Translations under genes and position numbers: made by a program
The notes under the pieces: model-generated
What the model was told of the DNA's origin: nothing
What the model saw: the letters and a program-made list of their open reading frames with translations, nothing else
Databases searched by the model: none
Shown here: piece by piece, positions 18,080-26,616 of the stretch
Numbering within the stretch: position 1 is the first letter of the stretch
Layout of the letters: every line of letters starts with the position of its first letter
NCBI GenBank assembly: GCA_934792465.1
Contig: CAKVOK010000002.1
Span: 23,109-87,108 of the forward strand
Direction of reading: 5' to 3'
Length of the DNA stretch: 64,000 nucleotides
Source of the DNA: an uncultured Clostridia bacterium
GTDB taxonomy: Bacteria > Bacillota > Clostridia > RUG12999

Positions 18080-20722
18080 ATGAAAAAGAACAAACGAGTT
18101 ATTGTCGCATTAACAGCGCTTTTGGTGCTGAACGTCTTTTCGTTCGGCACATATGCGAAAATTACGGATAAAATGACGGCGGATCTGAACGCATACGGTA
18201 TTTTGAAGGACGAACGCTTTGAAGATAAGATTACGAGAGCGGAATTTTCAGCAATGATTGTAAGACTTCTGAAAATCGATACAAGCTCATATCCGATTGA
18301 AAAATCTCCGTTCGTTGACGTGAATGAGGACGATTGGTTTTATAATGAAATTAACATTATGAAAAGCATTAAGATAATCGACGGATATAACAGCACGGAA
18401 TTTCGGCCGTTTGAAGATGTAACATATGAGCAGGCGGTGAAAATTGTCGTATGCGCACTCGGATATAAGGATATTGCCGAGAGTAAAGGCGGTTATCCGG
18501 ACGGGTATATCAGCGTTGCGTCGTCGCTGAATCTGCTGAACGGCGTAGGCAGCGACAGCGGTGTAATGCTCAGAGAAAATGCGGCACGTCTTGTTTATAA
18601 CGCACTTGACGTAAGCCTTATAACGTATGATTATACGGGCGGCATGACGACAGACAGCGACAACACGCTGCGAAAAATCCACGAAACGCTTGCGGACGGC
18701 AGAGAAATCATTGTCAAAAAAGGCGTCATAACGGCAAACTACGAGCTGGGACTCGTGCGCAGTATTCCGAATATAAAAGAAAATCAGGTTGAAATAAACG
18801 GCGAGATTTTCAATGCCGGAGATACGAATGCGGCAGAGCTTGTCGGCATGAAAGTGGAATACCATGCAATAACGGGCGATGATAGCGTGCCGACGCTTTT
18901 AAACGTAAGAGTAACGGACGATAACTCGGTTCTTTCCATCAACGGCAGCGACTTTGACAGAGTAGATGGAAAAACTCTTTATTACACGGAAAACGGAAAA
19001 GACGAAAAGCTTTCGCTTTCCGAAAACAAAATTTATGTAAGAAATTATGATGTCGTTTCGGGATATACCGATAAGGACATAACACTGAAAAACGGCTCTA
19101 TGACGCTTGTGGATAACGACGGAGATGAAAGCTACGATATAATCTTTGTTGAAGAATATGAAAATATAAGAGCGGAAAAATATGAGAACGGCAAAGTGTT
19201 TTTTGCCGAAAACAGAACGTTTGAGGGCAGCACGCTGATTGATATAGACGAGGACAACGATATTAAATATATTCTGCTGGCATCTCAGACGGAAAGCATA
19301 GCCTTGGACAAGGCGGAGGAATATATAAAAGAAAACAGTATATTGAGTATGCTGTTCTCCGCAGATAAAACAGTGCTGAAAATCATTGTTACGAACAAAA
19401 CGGCGGAGGGAAAGATAGAACAGTACAGCGAGGAAGATAATAATATTACGATTGGCGGCGAAACATACGATATGACGGAAAATGTAATATCGGATGCGGC
19501 AATCGGCGATAATGTAACGGCATATCTGGATTTCGGCGGAAAAGTATGCGAGATTAAAAGAACGGAAAACGGCGAAAAGAAATATGCGTATGTTATTGCG
19601 GCAAAAGAGAAAAACGGAATATCGGGCACGATTGAAATAAAGGTGCTTGTTCCGGGAGAGCTTAAAGCGGATATTAAAATAGACGACAGCGATGAGGATA
19701 ATACAACGTCCTTGCCGATACTGAAAGGACATAACAGCGGAATAGAAGTGCTTACGCTCAGGGATAGGGTAAGCTTCGGCGGCAAATCGCTGAAAGGCGA
19801 CAAGCTGATTGAAGCGCTGAATGATAACAGGCTCATAAGATATACTTTGGACAGCAACGGAGAAATTTCAAAAATAGAAATTCCCGAAAGAACGGGTACG
19901 GGCGAACAGCGTACATACAATGCTTATGAGAAAATCTTCGGAAAAACCGGAACGGGAGCATTTGCGATAGATGATAACAGCGTCGGCATATGTCTGCCGA
20001 AAAACGAGATAAATACAGAGGACGATTATTACACCGAGATAGAACTGAACAACGGTGAAAAATACAGCGTTAAAGGATATAATGTCGATGAAAACACGCA
20101 TTGTGCGGAGATTATAGTGCTTACGCTGGAAATGGATTCGAGCATAAAAGAAGCGATTAACGATTCGAGCGACCCGGCAATTGTATGCAAGGTTACAACG
20201 GAGCTGAACGATGAGGAAACGGCGGCGAAAAAAGTCGTGTTCCTGAGCGAGGGAAAAGAAATGACGAAATTCGTAAGCCCCGGTTCGAGTGCGGACAGCG
20301 AGCTTCTGGAAACGGGAACGGTGTTCTATTATGCCGAAAACTTCAAGGGAGATATTGTAGAAGTTAAAACAGTGGAGCATCTTAAAGGCAACAACGGCAT
20401 ATACAGCGAGGGCAGCCCGACTACGGAACAGAAAATACTCGGCGAAATGATAAAGGTAACTCCGAATCAGCTGAGCGACAACGGAAACAGATTCGTATAC
20501 GAGGTATTGCTCAATACGGGTTTGTCGGATTATGAAACGCTTAATATAAATGTAAGAAACACACCGCCGATATTTGTGTATAACGAAAGAACCAACACCG
20601 TAAGATGCGGCACATTGGAGGACATCGTGCCTACATGGAGAGCGTCCGGCAGTGCGGTTTCAAAAATATTTGCGGAGATAAGATATTCAAAGGTGAAAGC
20701 TGTTGTGGTAACGGAGCGGTAA
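18080..20722 (+). CDS. S-layer homology (SLH) domain protein with N-terminal SLH repeats and a large beta-rich extracellular region
   Basis: It has a signal peptide. The SLH repeats near the N-terminus are ITRAEFSAMIVRLL, IIDGYNSTEFRPFEDVTYEQAVKIVVCALGY and GYPDGYISVASSLNLLNG. It is a paralog of the 42611 protein. Confidence 0.65.
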   Translation: MKKNKRVIVALTALLVLNVFSFGTYAKITDKMTADLNAYGILKDERFEDKITRAEFSAMIVRLLKIDTSSYPIEKSPFVDVNEDDWFYNEINIMKSIKIIDGYNSTEFRPFEDVTYEQAVKIVVCALGYKDIAESKGGYPDGYISVASSLNLLNGVGSDSGVMLRENAARLVYNALDVSLITYDYTGGMTTDSDNTLRKIHETLADGREIIVKKGVITANYELGLVRSIPNIKENQVEINGEIFNAGDTNAAELVGMKVEYHAITGDDSVPTLLNVRVTDDNSVLSINGSDFDRVDGKTLYYTENGKDEKLSLSENKIYVRNYDVVSGYTDKDITLKNGSMTLVDNDGDESYDIIFVEEYENIRAEKYENGKVFFAENRTFEGSTLIDIDEDNDIKYILLASQTESIALDKAEEYIKENSILSMLFSADKTVLKIIVTNKTAEGKIEQYSEEDNNITIGGETYDMTENVISDAAIGDNVTAYLDFGGKVCEIKRTENGEKKYAYVIAAKEKNGISGTIEIKVLVPGELKADIKIDDSDEDNTTSLPILKGHNSGIEVLTLRDRVSFGGKSLKGDKLIEALNDNRLIRYTLDSNGEISKIEIPERTGTGEQRTYNAYEKIFGKTGTGAFAIDDNSVGICLPKNEINTEDDYYTEIELNNGEKYSVKGYNVDENTHCAEIIVLTLEMDSSIKEAINDSSDPAIVCKVTTELNDEETAAKKVVFLSEGKEMTKFVSPGSSADSELLETGTVFYYAENFKGDIVEVKTVEHLKGNNGIYSEGSPTTEQKILGEMIKVTPNQLSDNGNRFVYEVLLNTGLSDYETLNINVRNTPPIFVYNERTNTVRCGTLEDIVPTWRASGSAVSKIFAEIRYSKVKAVVVTER

Positions 20723-20748
20723 TACATTGATTGGGGAAAGGAAGAAAA

Positions 20749-23700
20749 ATGATGATAAAAAAATTAGTTTCGGTGTTTTTGATTTCTTGTTTAGCCGTAA
20801 TGCCGTCATTTGCGGAAATTTCCGATGATGTGTATGAAGCGGAAAGCGTGTACGAATCCGAGGACGTTCAACTTTTTGCGGCGGAATCGGCACAGGAACC
20901 TGTCGGCGGATATGTCGTAAATGAAAATTTCGATTATGCAACTCCCGAAGAAATGCTTGACGAAAGCACGGGAATCGGTATGTTTCCGATGATTAACCCG
21001 TATATCGACGATAAATACGGAAGCACGGTAATTACGTTTGAGGACGGAATAATGTCGATGAAGCAGAACAATCCGAACGGAACGTCTTCCGTTACGAACG
21101 GCGTTGTTTTGCCGATACCGAACAAAGAGGGCGACACGACAACGCAGACGGTGGAATTTAAGATAAAAAGAAATTCAAAAACCGCATTTTGGCAGTGTAT
21201 GTTCTACGGATATAATGCCGCAGGCGCAAAGCGTGAGTTCGGTATTCTCGATATGAACAAGAGCGGCCTCGGCTGGAAAGGCACAAACGGCGCATGGGGC
21301 GGCTCGGGAGCGGGCAGCATAACGAAGCTGGACGGAAAAGACAGCAGAAATATAATAAATATTATAAACGAGTGGATTGTTGTAAAAATGGATTTTGATT
21401 TTAAAAACCAGGTTATCACACTCTATATAAACGGTGAAAAGCAATCAAAAGCACCTGTGTTTTATTCGGGTGCGGGCGTTGTTAAGATGTCGAATTTCTG
21501 TATTTTGAAACAAACGGGAAGCACGCACGGAACAATATCCCAGGTTGATTATTTCAGAATGTGGAACAATGAAAGAGAACTTCTGAAACAGGAGCTTGAC
21601 GCAATTTCCGTATCGGAACTTACGGACGAGCATCTTTCGGAGATAACCTCCGACCTGAAACAGCCGCTCATATCGCAGGGTTCTCCTTACGGCGGAAATA
21701 TTACATGGAAATCGAACAAGCCGGAGGTTATTTCAAACGACGGTATTGTTACAAGACAGGAAAATGATGAAAGCGTAATCCTTACGGCAACGGACGAATT
21801 GGGATCGGTTAAGGTGGCGAGAAGCTTTTATTTCAACGTAAAGGGAAATAATTCGGCGGATTTTGACCCGACAGGATATTATCTCGTGTATGAAAACGAT
21901 TTTTCATCGGGAGAAGCGGACACAAGCTGGGCATTGCGTGCAACGGGAAATTCCAAAACAGCTATGGAGGACGGAAAGATTGCGGCAGTTAAAGAATCGC
22001 AATCCAACACGGTAAGCGCAAAGCTTAATATTCTCGGTGCGGAAGATATATACGGCGTATCGGGAAAAGTATATGTATTTGCCGATGTCGGAGCGGAAAA
22101 TATTGCGGATATGGAGATGTCGCTGCTCGACAGCTCGTCCAAAACAATTGCAAAAATATCGTTTGATAAGCTCGGCTGTTTTGCGGCGGCGGGAACGTAT
22201 CTTTCGGGCGGTACGGAGCAGTATTCCGGCTCATATCCATATCCGAACGGAGATTATGTAAAGGTGAGATTTGAGGCAGACCCCGTAGCCGGAAGCTTTA
22301 AGCTTCGGATAAACAATATCCCGGTTACGATAGACGGAGATGATATGCTGCCGAATATAAACCAGACAACGAATATACAGTCCGTGCTTTTCAGAATAAA
22401 TTCGGGAACCGAATATCCGGCAAAAATGACAGTGGACAACGTAAAGGTGTATATTCCCGATGAAAAAAGAATGGAAATGGCGAAAAACAGGGTTGTTTTC
22501 GACGCTATAAGAATGGCAAACAGCAAAGAAAGCCATATAACGGGCGATTTGAATTTGTTCACGGATAAGTATCTCGGTACGGATATATCTTGGGAATCGG
22601 ACAAACCGAATATAATCTCGGCGGACGGCAAGGTAAACCGCCCGACAGACGCAGCGGCGGATGTGACGCTGACGGCAGTAATCAGTATGGGCGAACAAAA
22701 GGAAAACGTGGTATTTAATCTTAAGGTTATGAAAGACGACCCGTATAATTATGCTTTTGAAAGAAAGGTAACGTCAAATCTTTCGGCACAGCAAGGCAGC
22801 AGCATAAATTATATCAACGATGGTGATACGGAAACGAAATACATAACGGTTGCAGCGGGAAAATCAATGAATATCCTTGTCGATATGGACGGAATGTATA
22901 ATATCAACAGACTTATAATTCCGGGCGGACTTGATACGATAACGGGATATAAAATAGAGGTTTCCGAAAACAATTCCGAATATACGGAGGTTGCGTCCGG
23001 CGAGAAGCTTGAAAAAACAACGGCATTTAAACTTGTAAAGGCAAAATATTTAAGACTTACGGTAGAAAAAGAAAGCGGCGTTTCGGTCGAAATTCCCGAA
23101 CTGGAAATAAGAACCGAATTTACGGACGAAGAAGCGGCAGACGCAGACCTTGAAGCGTTTGCGCCGAATCTGCCGAAAAGTACAACGGAAAATATTACTT
23201 TGCCAACAGAGGGACAATACGGCAGCACGATAACCTGGACTTCGAGCAAGCCCGATGTTATTTCGCCGGCAGGTATTGTGAACAGGGGAAGCGAAACGGT
23301 TACGGTTATCCTGACGGCGGAAATCAGAAAAGGCAGCATTGCAAAAACAAAAACGTATCAGGTATCTGTAACGGGAAAACAGACGTCATCGTCCGGCGGC
23401 GGTGGCGGCGGAGGAGGAAAATCTTCCGCAAAGTCAAGTTCATACATACCGGTTATATCCGTTGAAAATCCTCCGGCGGAGGAAGTAATATTCAGCGATT
23501 TGGCAGGTGCGGAATGGGCGAAAGAATATATAATCGCACTTTATAACAAGGGAGCGGTAAACGGATACGGAAACAAAACGTTTGCGCCGTTTAACAATGT
23601 AACCCGCGAGGAATTTGTGAAAATACTTATCATCGCATTTGATATAGCACCGCAGACTGCGGAAATAAGCTTCGGTGACTGCGAAAAAGGAATGTGGTAT

Positions 23701-24027
23701 GCAGACTATATAGAAACAGGCGTTAAAACAGGTATTGTAAACGGAATGAGCGACAGCCGTTTCGGCATCGGCGAATACATAACACGTGAAGATATAATCA
23801 CGCTTACCGCCCGTGCGCTCGAATATAAGGGCATAGCGAATACGGGTGCGGATACTGCGCCTCCGGATATGGCAGATGTCAGCGCATACGCTCAAAATGC
23901 GGTGCGTATGCTTATGGGATATGATATAGTAAACGGAGATACGAATGGAAAAATCAATCCGAAAAGCTTCGCAACAAGAGCCGAAACCGCTAAGATAATC
24001 GGAAAGGCAGCGGCACTTATAAAATAA
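20749..24027 (+). CDS. Large secreted multidomain surface protein. Its domains, in order: ConA/LamG-like, three Ig-like (Big) repeats, F5/8 type C (discoidin) carbohydrate-binding domain, poly-Gly linker, three C-terminal SLH repeats.
   Basis: It has a signal peptide. The KIKRNSKTAFWQ...LDMNKSGLGWKG domain is shared with the 16375 protein. Three ITW.S.KP.VIS..G.V.R repeats follow. The discoidin motif is INDGDTETKY...YNINRLII...YKIEVSENNSEYTEV. The linker is SSSGGGGGGGGKSS. The three SLH repeats are FSDLAGAEWAKEYIIALYNKGAVNGYGNKTFAP...TREEF, ...GMSDSRFG...ITRED and ...GKINPKSFATRAE. I place the start at ATG 20749, after a GGAAAGGAAG RBS. Confidence 0.7.
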   Translation: MMIKKLVSVFLISCLAVMPSFAEISDDVYEAESVYESEDVQLFAAESAQEPVGGYVVNENFDYATPEEMLDESTGIGMFPMINPYIDDKYGSTVITFEDGIMSMKQNNPNGTSSVTNGVVLPIPNKEGDTTTQTVEFKIKRNSKTAFWQCMFYGYNAAGAKREFGILDMNKSGLGWKGTNGAWGGSGAGSITKLDGKDSRNIINIINEWIVVKMDFDFKNQVITLYINGEKQSKAPVFYSGAGVVKMSNFCILKQTGSTHGTISQVDYFRMWNNERELLKQELDAISVSELTDEHLSEITSDLKQPLISQGSPYGGNITWKSNKPEVISNDGIVTRQENDESVILTATDELGSVKVARSFYFNVKGNNSADFDPTGYYLVYENDFSSGEADTSWALRATGNSKTAMEDGKIAAVKESQSNTVSAKLNILGAEDIYGVSGKVYVFADVGAENIADMEMSLLDSSSKTIAKISFDKLGCFAAAGTYLSGGTEQYSGSYPYPNGDYVKVRFEADPVAGSFKLRINNIPVTIDGDDMLPNINQTTNIQSVLFRINSGTEYPAKMTVDNVKVYIPDEKRMEMAKNRVVFDAIRMANSKESHITGDLNLFTDKYLGTDISWESDKPNIISADGKVNRPTDAAADVTLTAVISMGEQKENVVFNLKVMKDDPYNYAFERKVTSNLSAQQGSSINYINDGDTETKYITVAAGKSMNILVDMDGMYNINRLIIPGGLDTITGYKIEVSENNSEYTEVASGEKLEKTTAFKLVKAKYLRLTVEKESGVSVEIPELEIRTEFTDEEAADADLEAFAPNLPKSTTENITLPTEGQYGSTITWTSSKPDVISPAGIVNRGSETVTVILTAEIRKGSIAKTKTYQVSVTGKQTSSSGGGGGGGGKSSAKSSSYIPVISVENPPAEEVIFSDLAGAEWAKEYIIALYNKGAVNGYGNKTFAPFNNVTREEFVKILIIAFDIAPQTAEISFGDCEKGMWYADYIETGVKTGIVNGMSDSRFGIGEYITREDIITLTARALEYKGIANTGADTAPPDMADVSAYAQNAVRMLMGYDIVNGDTNGKINPKSFATRAETAKIIGKAAALIK

Positions 24028-24033
24028 TCTGAA

Positions 24034-24080
24034 AAAACCGTCCGATAAAAGACGAAATTATCGACTTATCGGGCGGTTTG
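24034..24080 (+). terminator. Rho-independent terminator (AAACCGTCCGATAA ... TTATCGGGCGGTTT)
   Basis: The inverted repeat lies directly 3' of the 20749-24027 gene. Confidence 0.5.
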
Positions 24081-24089
24081 AACTTAATA

Positions 24090-24118
24090 TTGATTTTTTG
24101 CGCGAAATATGTTATACT
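24090..24118 (+). promoter_or_regulatory. Sigma-A-like promoter TTGATT-17-TATACT for the AraC-type sensor gene
   Basis: The hexamers are read directly, ~30 bp upstream of ATG 24150. Confidence 0.45.
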
Positions 24119-24149
24119 ATATGTATCATAAATCAAAAGGGAGAAGAAA

Positions 24150-26378
24150 ATGAATATCAAGGATTTTGTCACCAATAAAAAATTATTTTTAAAATACTGT
24201 ACGATGATATTTGTTTCGCTTTTTATAACTATTATATTCAGTTCCGCAGTTATAAACAAAACAAGAAGCTTTGCCGAAGAACAGATAAAGAACAACGGCT
24301 ATCAGTCGCTGAAACAGGTTCAGATTGCGCTCGACAGAGAAATTGTAAATATAAGGAAAACAGCAATGTCGGTGACGAGAAACAAGGAGCTTTCCGCATA
24401 TGTGTATAACTCTGACGATATTAACAGCATATACAGACTTTCCGAATTGGTTGACATGACGAATTTCAGGGATTTGGTAGGCGATTTCGTGCTGTTCGGA
24501 TATATTTATATGAAAGACAGTGACCTGATAATCTGCGAAAAGGGAAAATTCACTCCCAAGGAATTTTATGCATACCTCGGCTGTGAGGACGAAACATACC
24601 AGGAATGGTACAGGAAGATTAACGGAAAATATTACAATACGTATACCGAACCGATAAACATTACGCTTGCGGACGCATACGAGAGCAACAAGGTTGTGCC
24701 GTATTTCCAGTCGTTTCCGCTTAGGTCGTTTGAAAAAGGAAATCTTGTTATTTTTCTTGATTACAATAAGATAAATCAGATTTACGGCAGCAGATATTCG
24801 GACGGGAAAAATGCGCTTTTTGTGTTGGACAAGAACAACAAAGTCGTTTTCTCGTTTGGCGATGAATCGAAATTTGATAAAAGCTACAGTGACTTTGATG
24901 AAAAATATACTTCCGTAGGAAGAGATCTCATGGTGTTCAAAAGGGACTCACAGCTCAGCGACGTTACGTATATTTCCGTGGAAGAAAAAAGCTTTATAAG
25001 GGAACAGTTGAAGGGTGTTACGAGGGCGATATATTTGTATATACTGGTCGTTATTCTGATTTGCATTACGATTCCGGTGATAATAGCGCACAAGTTCACA
25101 TCGCCGGTGGTCGGCATATACAGGATGCTCAAAGGCAACAATATAAAAGAGCCGGACAGTATAGCCGAGGTTGTAAATTCCGTCAAGAAATTTATCGAGG
25201 AAAAGGATTCGGCGGAAATATCGTATAAGAAGCAGAAAGCGCAGTTTGCGGAGCAATCTCTGACAAACGCCGTTATAGGATTGCTGGAGGATTTCGTATG
25301 CGACGACGAGGGCAGAGAGTGTCTTGAAAAATATTTCACAAATAAATATATCAGAGTTATCACGGCGGAATTGGCGGATATTCAGACGAATGAGGATTGT
25401 GCGCTTTTGAGATATGCCGTGAAGAATGTCGGCACGGAGGTGCTTGAAAAAAATTCGGCGGTGTATGCGCTTGATTACGGCTGGAACAAGGTTATTTTTA
25501 TAATAAATTACGATAAAGACAATGCCGAAACGATTATGACGGAGTGCGAATATATCTCGGACGTATTTGCGGACGAATTCGGAGTTACTCTGAATATGGG
25601 AATCGGTAAAATGACGGACGATATTCAGAATATGTCAACGTCTTTTGCATCATCGGGAGAAATGCTCGAAGGACTTAATCTCAGCGGTGAACGCATAGGA
25701 ATATACGAGAACCGCCGCCGCAACGAAAGTATATATTATTTCACGGCGGAGCATGAAAACATGATTTTAAAGGCACTTGTAAATTCGGACAGCGAGAGCG
25801 CTTCGGAGGTAATAAACAAGGCGGTCGAGCTGCATAAGACGTCATCGCCGGATATTATAAAATGCTTGCATTTTCATCTTATAGCGACTGTGCTGAAGCT
25901 TGTAAACGATGAAAAGCTCGGACTTTCCGAAACGGAGCTGGAAAACCTCGGAATCGAACGGCTTTTCACTTGCGAAAAGATAACCGATCTGACGAACGAG
26001 ATAAACAGTGTGTTTGCGAAAATATGCTCTGCGGTGAAAGAACAGGGCAACAGCAAAAAAGATGTGTTTAAAACGCTTGTGATGGGATTTGTGGACGAGC
26101 ATTACGGCGACAACGGAATGAGCCTTGATATGGTAGCTTCGGCGTTCAATGTACACCCGACATATATATCGCATTTCTTCAAGGATACGGTGCGGAAGAA
26201 TTTTACAGAGTATGTAACGGAAAAGAGAATCAGCCGTGCGTGCGAGCTTCTCGAAACGGGAGCGACGCTCAACGATATTGCGATTTCGGTGGGATATGCG
26301 AACAGCACGGTACTTGTGAAGAAATTTAAAAAGGTCATGGGAGTTACGCCCGGAGAATACAGAAAATCAATCAAGTGA
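24150..26378 (+). CDS. Transmembrane one-component regulator. Its domains, in order: N-terminal TM, extracytoplasmic sensor domain, second TM, cytoplasmic linker, C-terminal AraC-family HTH. It is YesN-like but has no receiver domain.
   Basis: The first TM helix is IFVSLFITIIFSSAV. The second TM helix, at about residue 290, is AIYLYILVVILICITIPVIIA. The C-terminal AraC HTH_18 signature is VASAFNVHPTYISHFFKD....F..Y....R...A..LL..T...LNDIAISVGYANSTVLVKKFKKVMGVTPGEYR. No HisKA or receiver motif is present. Confidence 0.75.
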   Translation: MNIKDFVTNKKLFLKYCTMIFVSLFITIIFSSAVINKTRSFAEEQIKNNGYQSLKQVQIALDREIVNIRKTAMSVTRNKELSAYVYNSDDINSIYRLSELVDMTNFRDLVGDFVLFGYIYMKDSDLIICEKGKFTPKEFYAYLGCEDETYQEWYRKINGKYYNTYTEPINITLADAYESNKVVPYFQSFPLRSFEKGNLVIFLDYNKINQIYGSRYSDGKNALFVLDKNNKVVFSFGDESKFDKSYSDFDEKYTSVGRDLMVFKRDSQLSDVTYISVEEKSFIREQLKGVTRAIYLYILVVILICITIPVIIAHKFTSPVVGIYRMLKGNNIKEPDSIAEVVNSVKKFIEEKDSAEISYKKQKAQFAEQSLTNAVIGLLEDFVCDDEGRECLEKYFTNKYIRVITAELADIQTNEDCALLRYAVKNVGTEVLEKNSAVYALDYGWNKVIFIINYDKDNAETIMTECEYISDVFADEFGVTLNMGIGKMTDDIQNMSTSFASSGEMLEGLNLSGERIGIYENRRRNESIYYFTAEHENMILKALVNSDSESASEVINKAVELHKTSSPDIIKCLHFHLIATVLKLVNDEKLGLSETELENLGIERLFTCEKITDLTNEINSVFAKICSAVKEQGNSKKDVFKTLVMGFVDEHYGDNGMSLDMVASAFNVHPTYISHFFKDTVRKNFTEYVTEKRISRACELLETGATLNDIAISVGYANSTVLVKKFKKVMGVTPGEYRKSIK

Positions 26379-26420
26379 CTTTATAAAAATGCACAGGACG
26401 CATAAAACAAAAAAGTTTTT

Positions 26421-26464
26421 AAAGAAGTTGCAGTAAAATGAAATCATTTTGCCGCAACTTCTTT
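26421..26464 (+). terminator. Long imperfect hairpin of the AAAATGAAA family (AAAGAAGTTGC..TAAAATGA-AA-TCATTTTG..GCAACTTCTTT), a candidate terminator or attenuator
   Basis: It is read directly. Related hairpins lie at 33934-33968 and 38670-38707. Confidence 0.45.
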
Positions 26465-26476
26465 GCATATAAAACA

Positions 26477-26519
26477 GACTACAAAAATTGACTATGAAAA
26501 AACAGCAATATACGGCGAT
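26477..26519 (+). promoter_or_regulatory. Second copy of the conserved upstream cis-element (GACTAC-N7-GACTAT ... CGGCGAT), 60 bp upstream of the -35 box
   Basis: It is near-identical to 16218-16260 with the same spacing to the promoter. It lies immediately downstream of the AraC-type sensor regulator gene. Confidence 0.5.
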
Positions 26520-26536
26520 AAAGCAAAAGCGGATTA

Positions 26537-26565
26537 TTGATTTTTTGCCGAAAAAAAGGTATAAT
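26537..26565 (+). promoter_or_regulatory. Sigma-A-like promoter TTGATT-17-TATAAT for the 26617 operon
   Basis: The consensus hexamers and the 17-bp spacing are read directly. Confidence 0.55.
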
Positions 26566-26616
26566 GTAGATATGTGCAGCAAGGCACGTATGAAAAAGAT
26601 TTCGGAGGACGATGGA

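Noticed and set aside
26488-26616. N-terminal extension of the lyase ORF (MTMKKQQYTAIKQKRIID...)
   Set aside because: The extension would include the conserved cis-element and the TTGATT-17-TATAAT promoter within coding sequence. ATG 26617 has a GGAGGA RBS and is followed by a canonical signal peptide.
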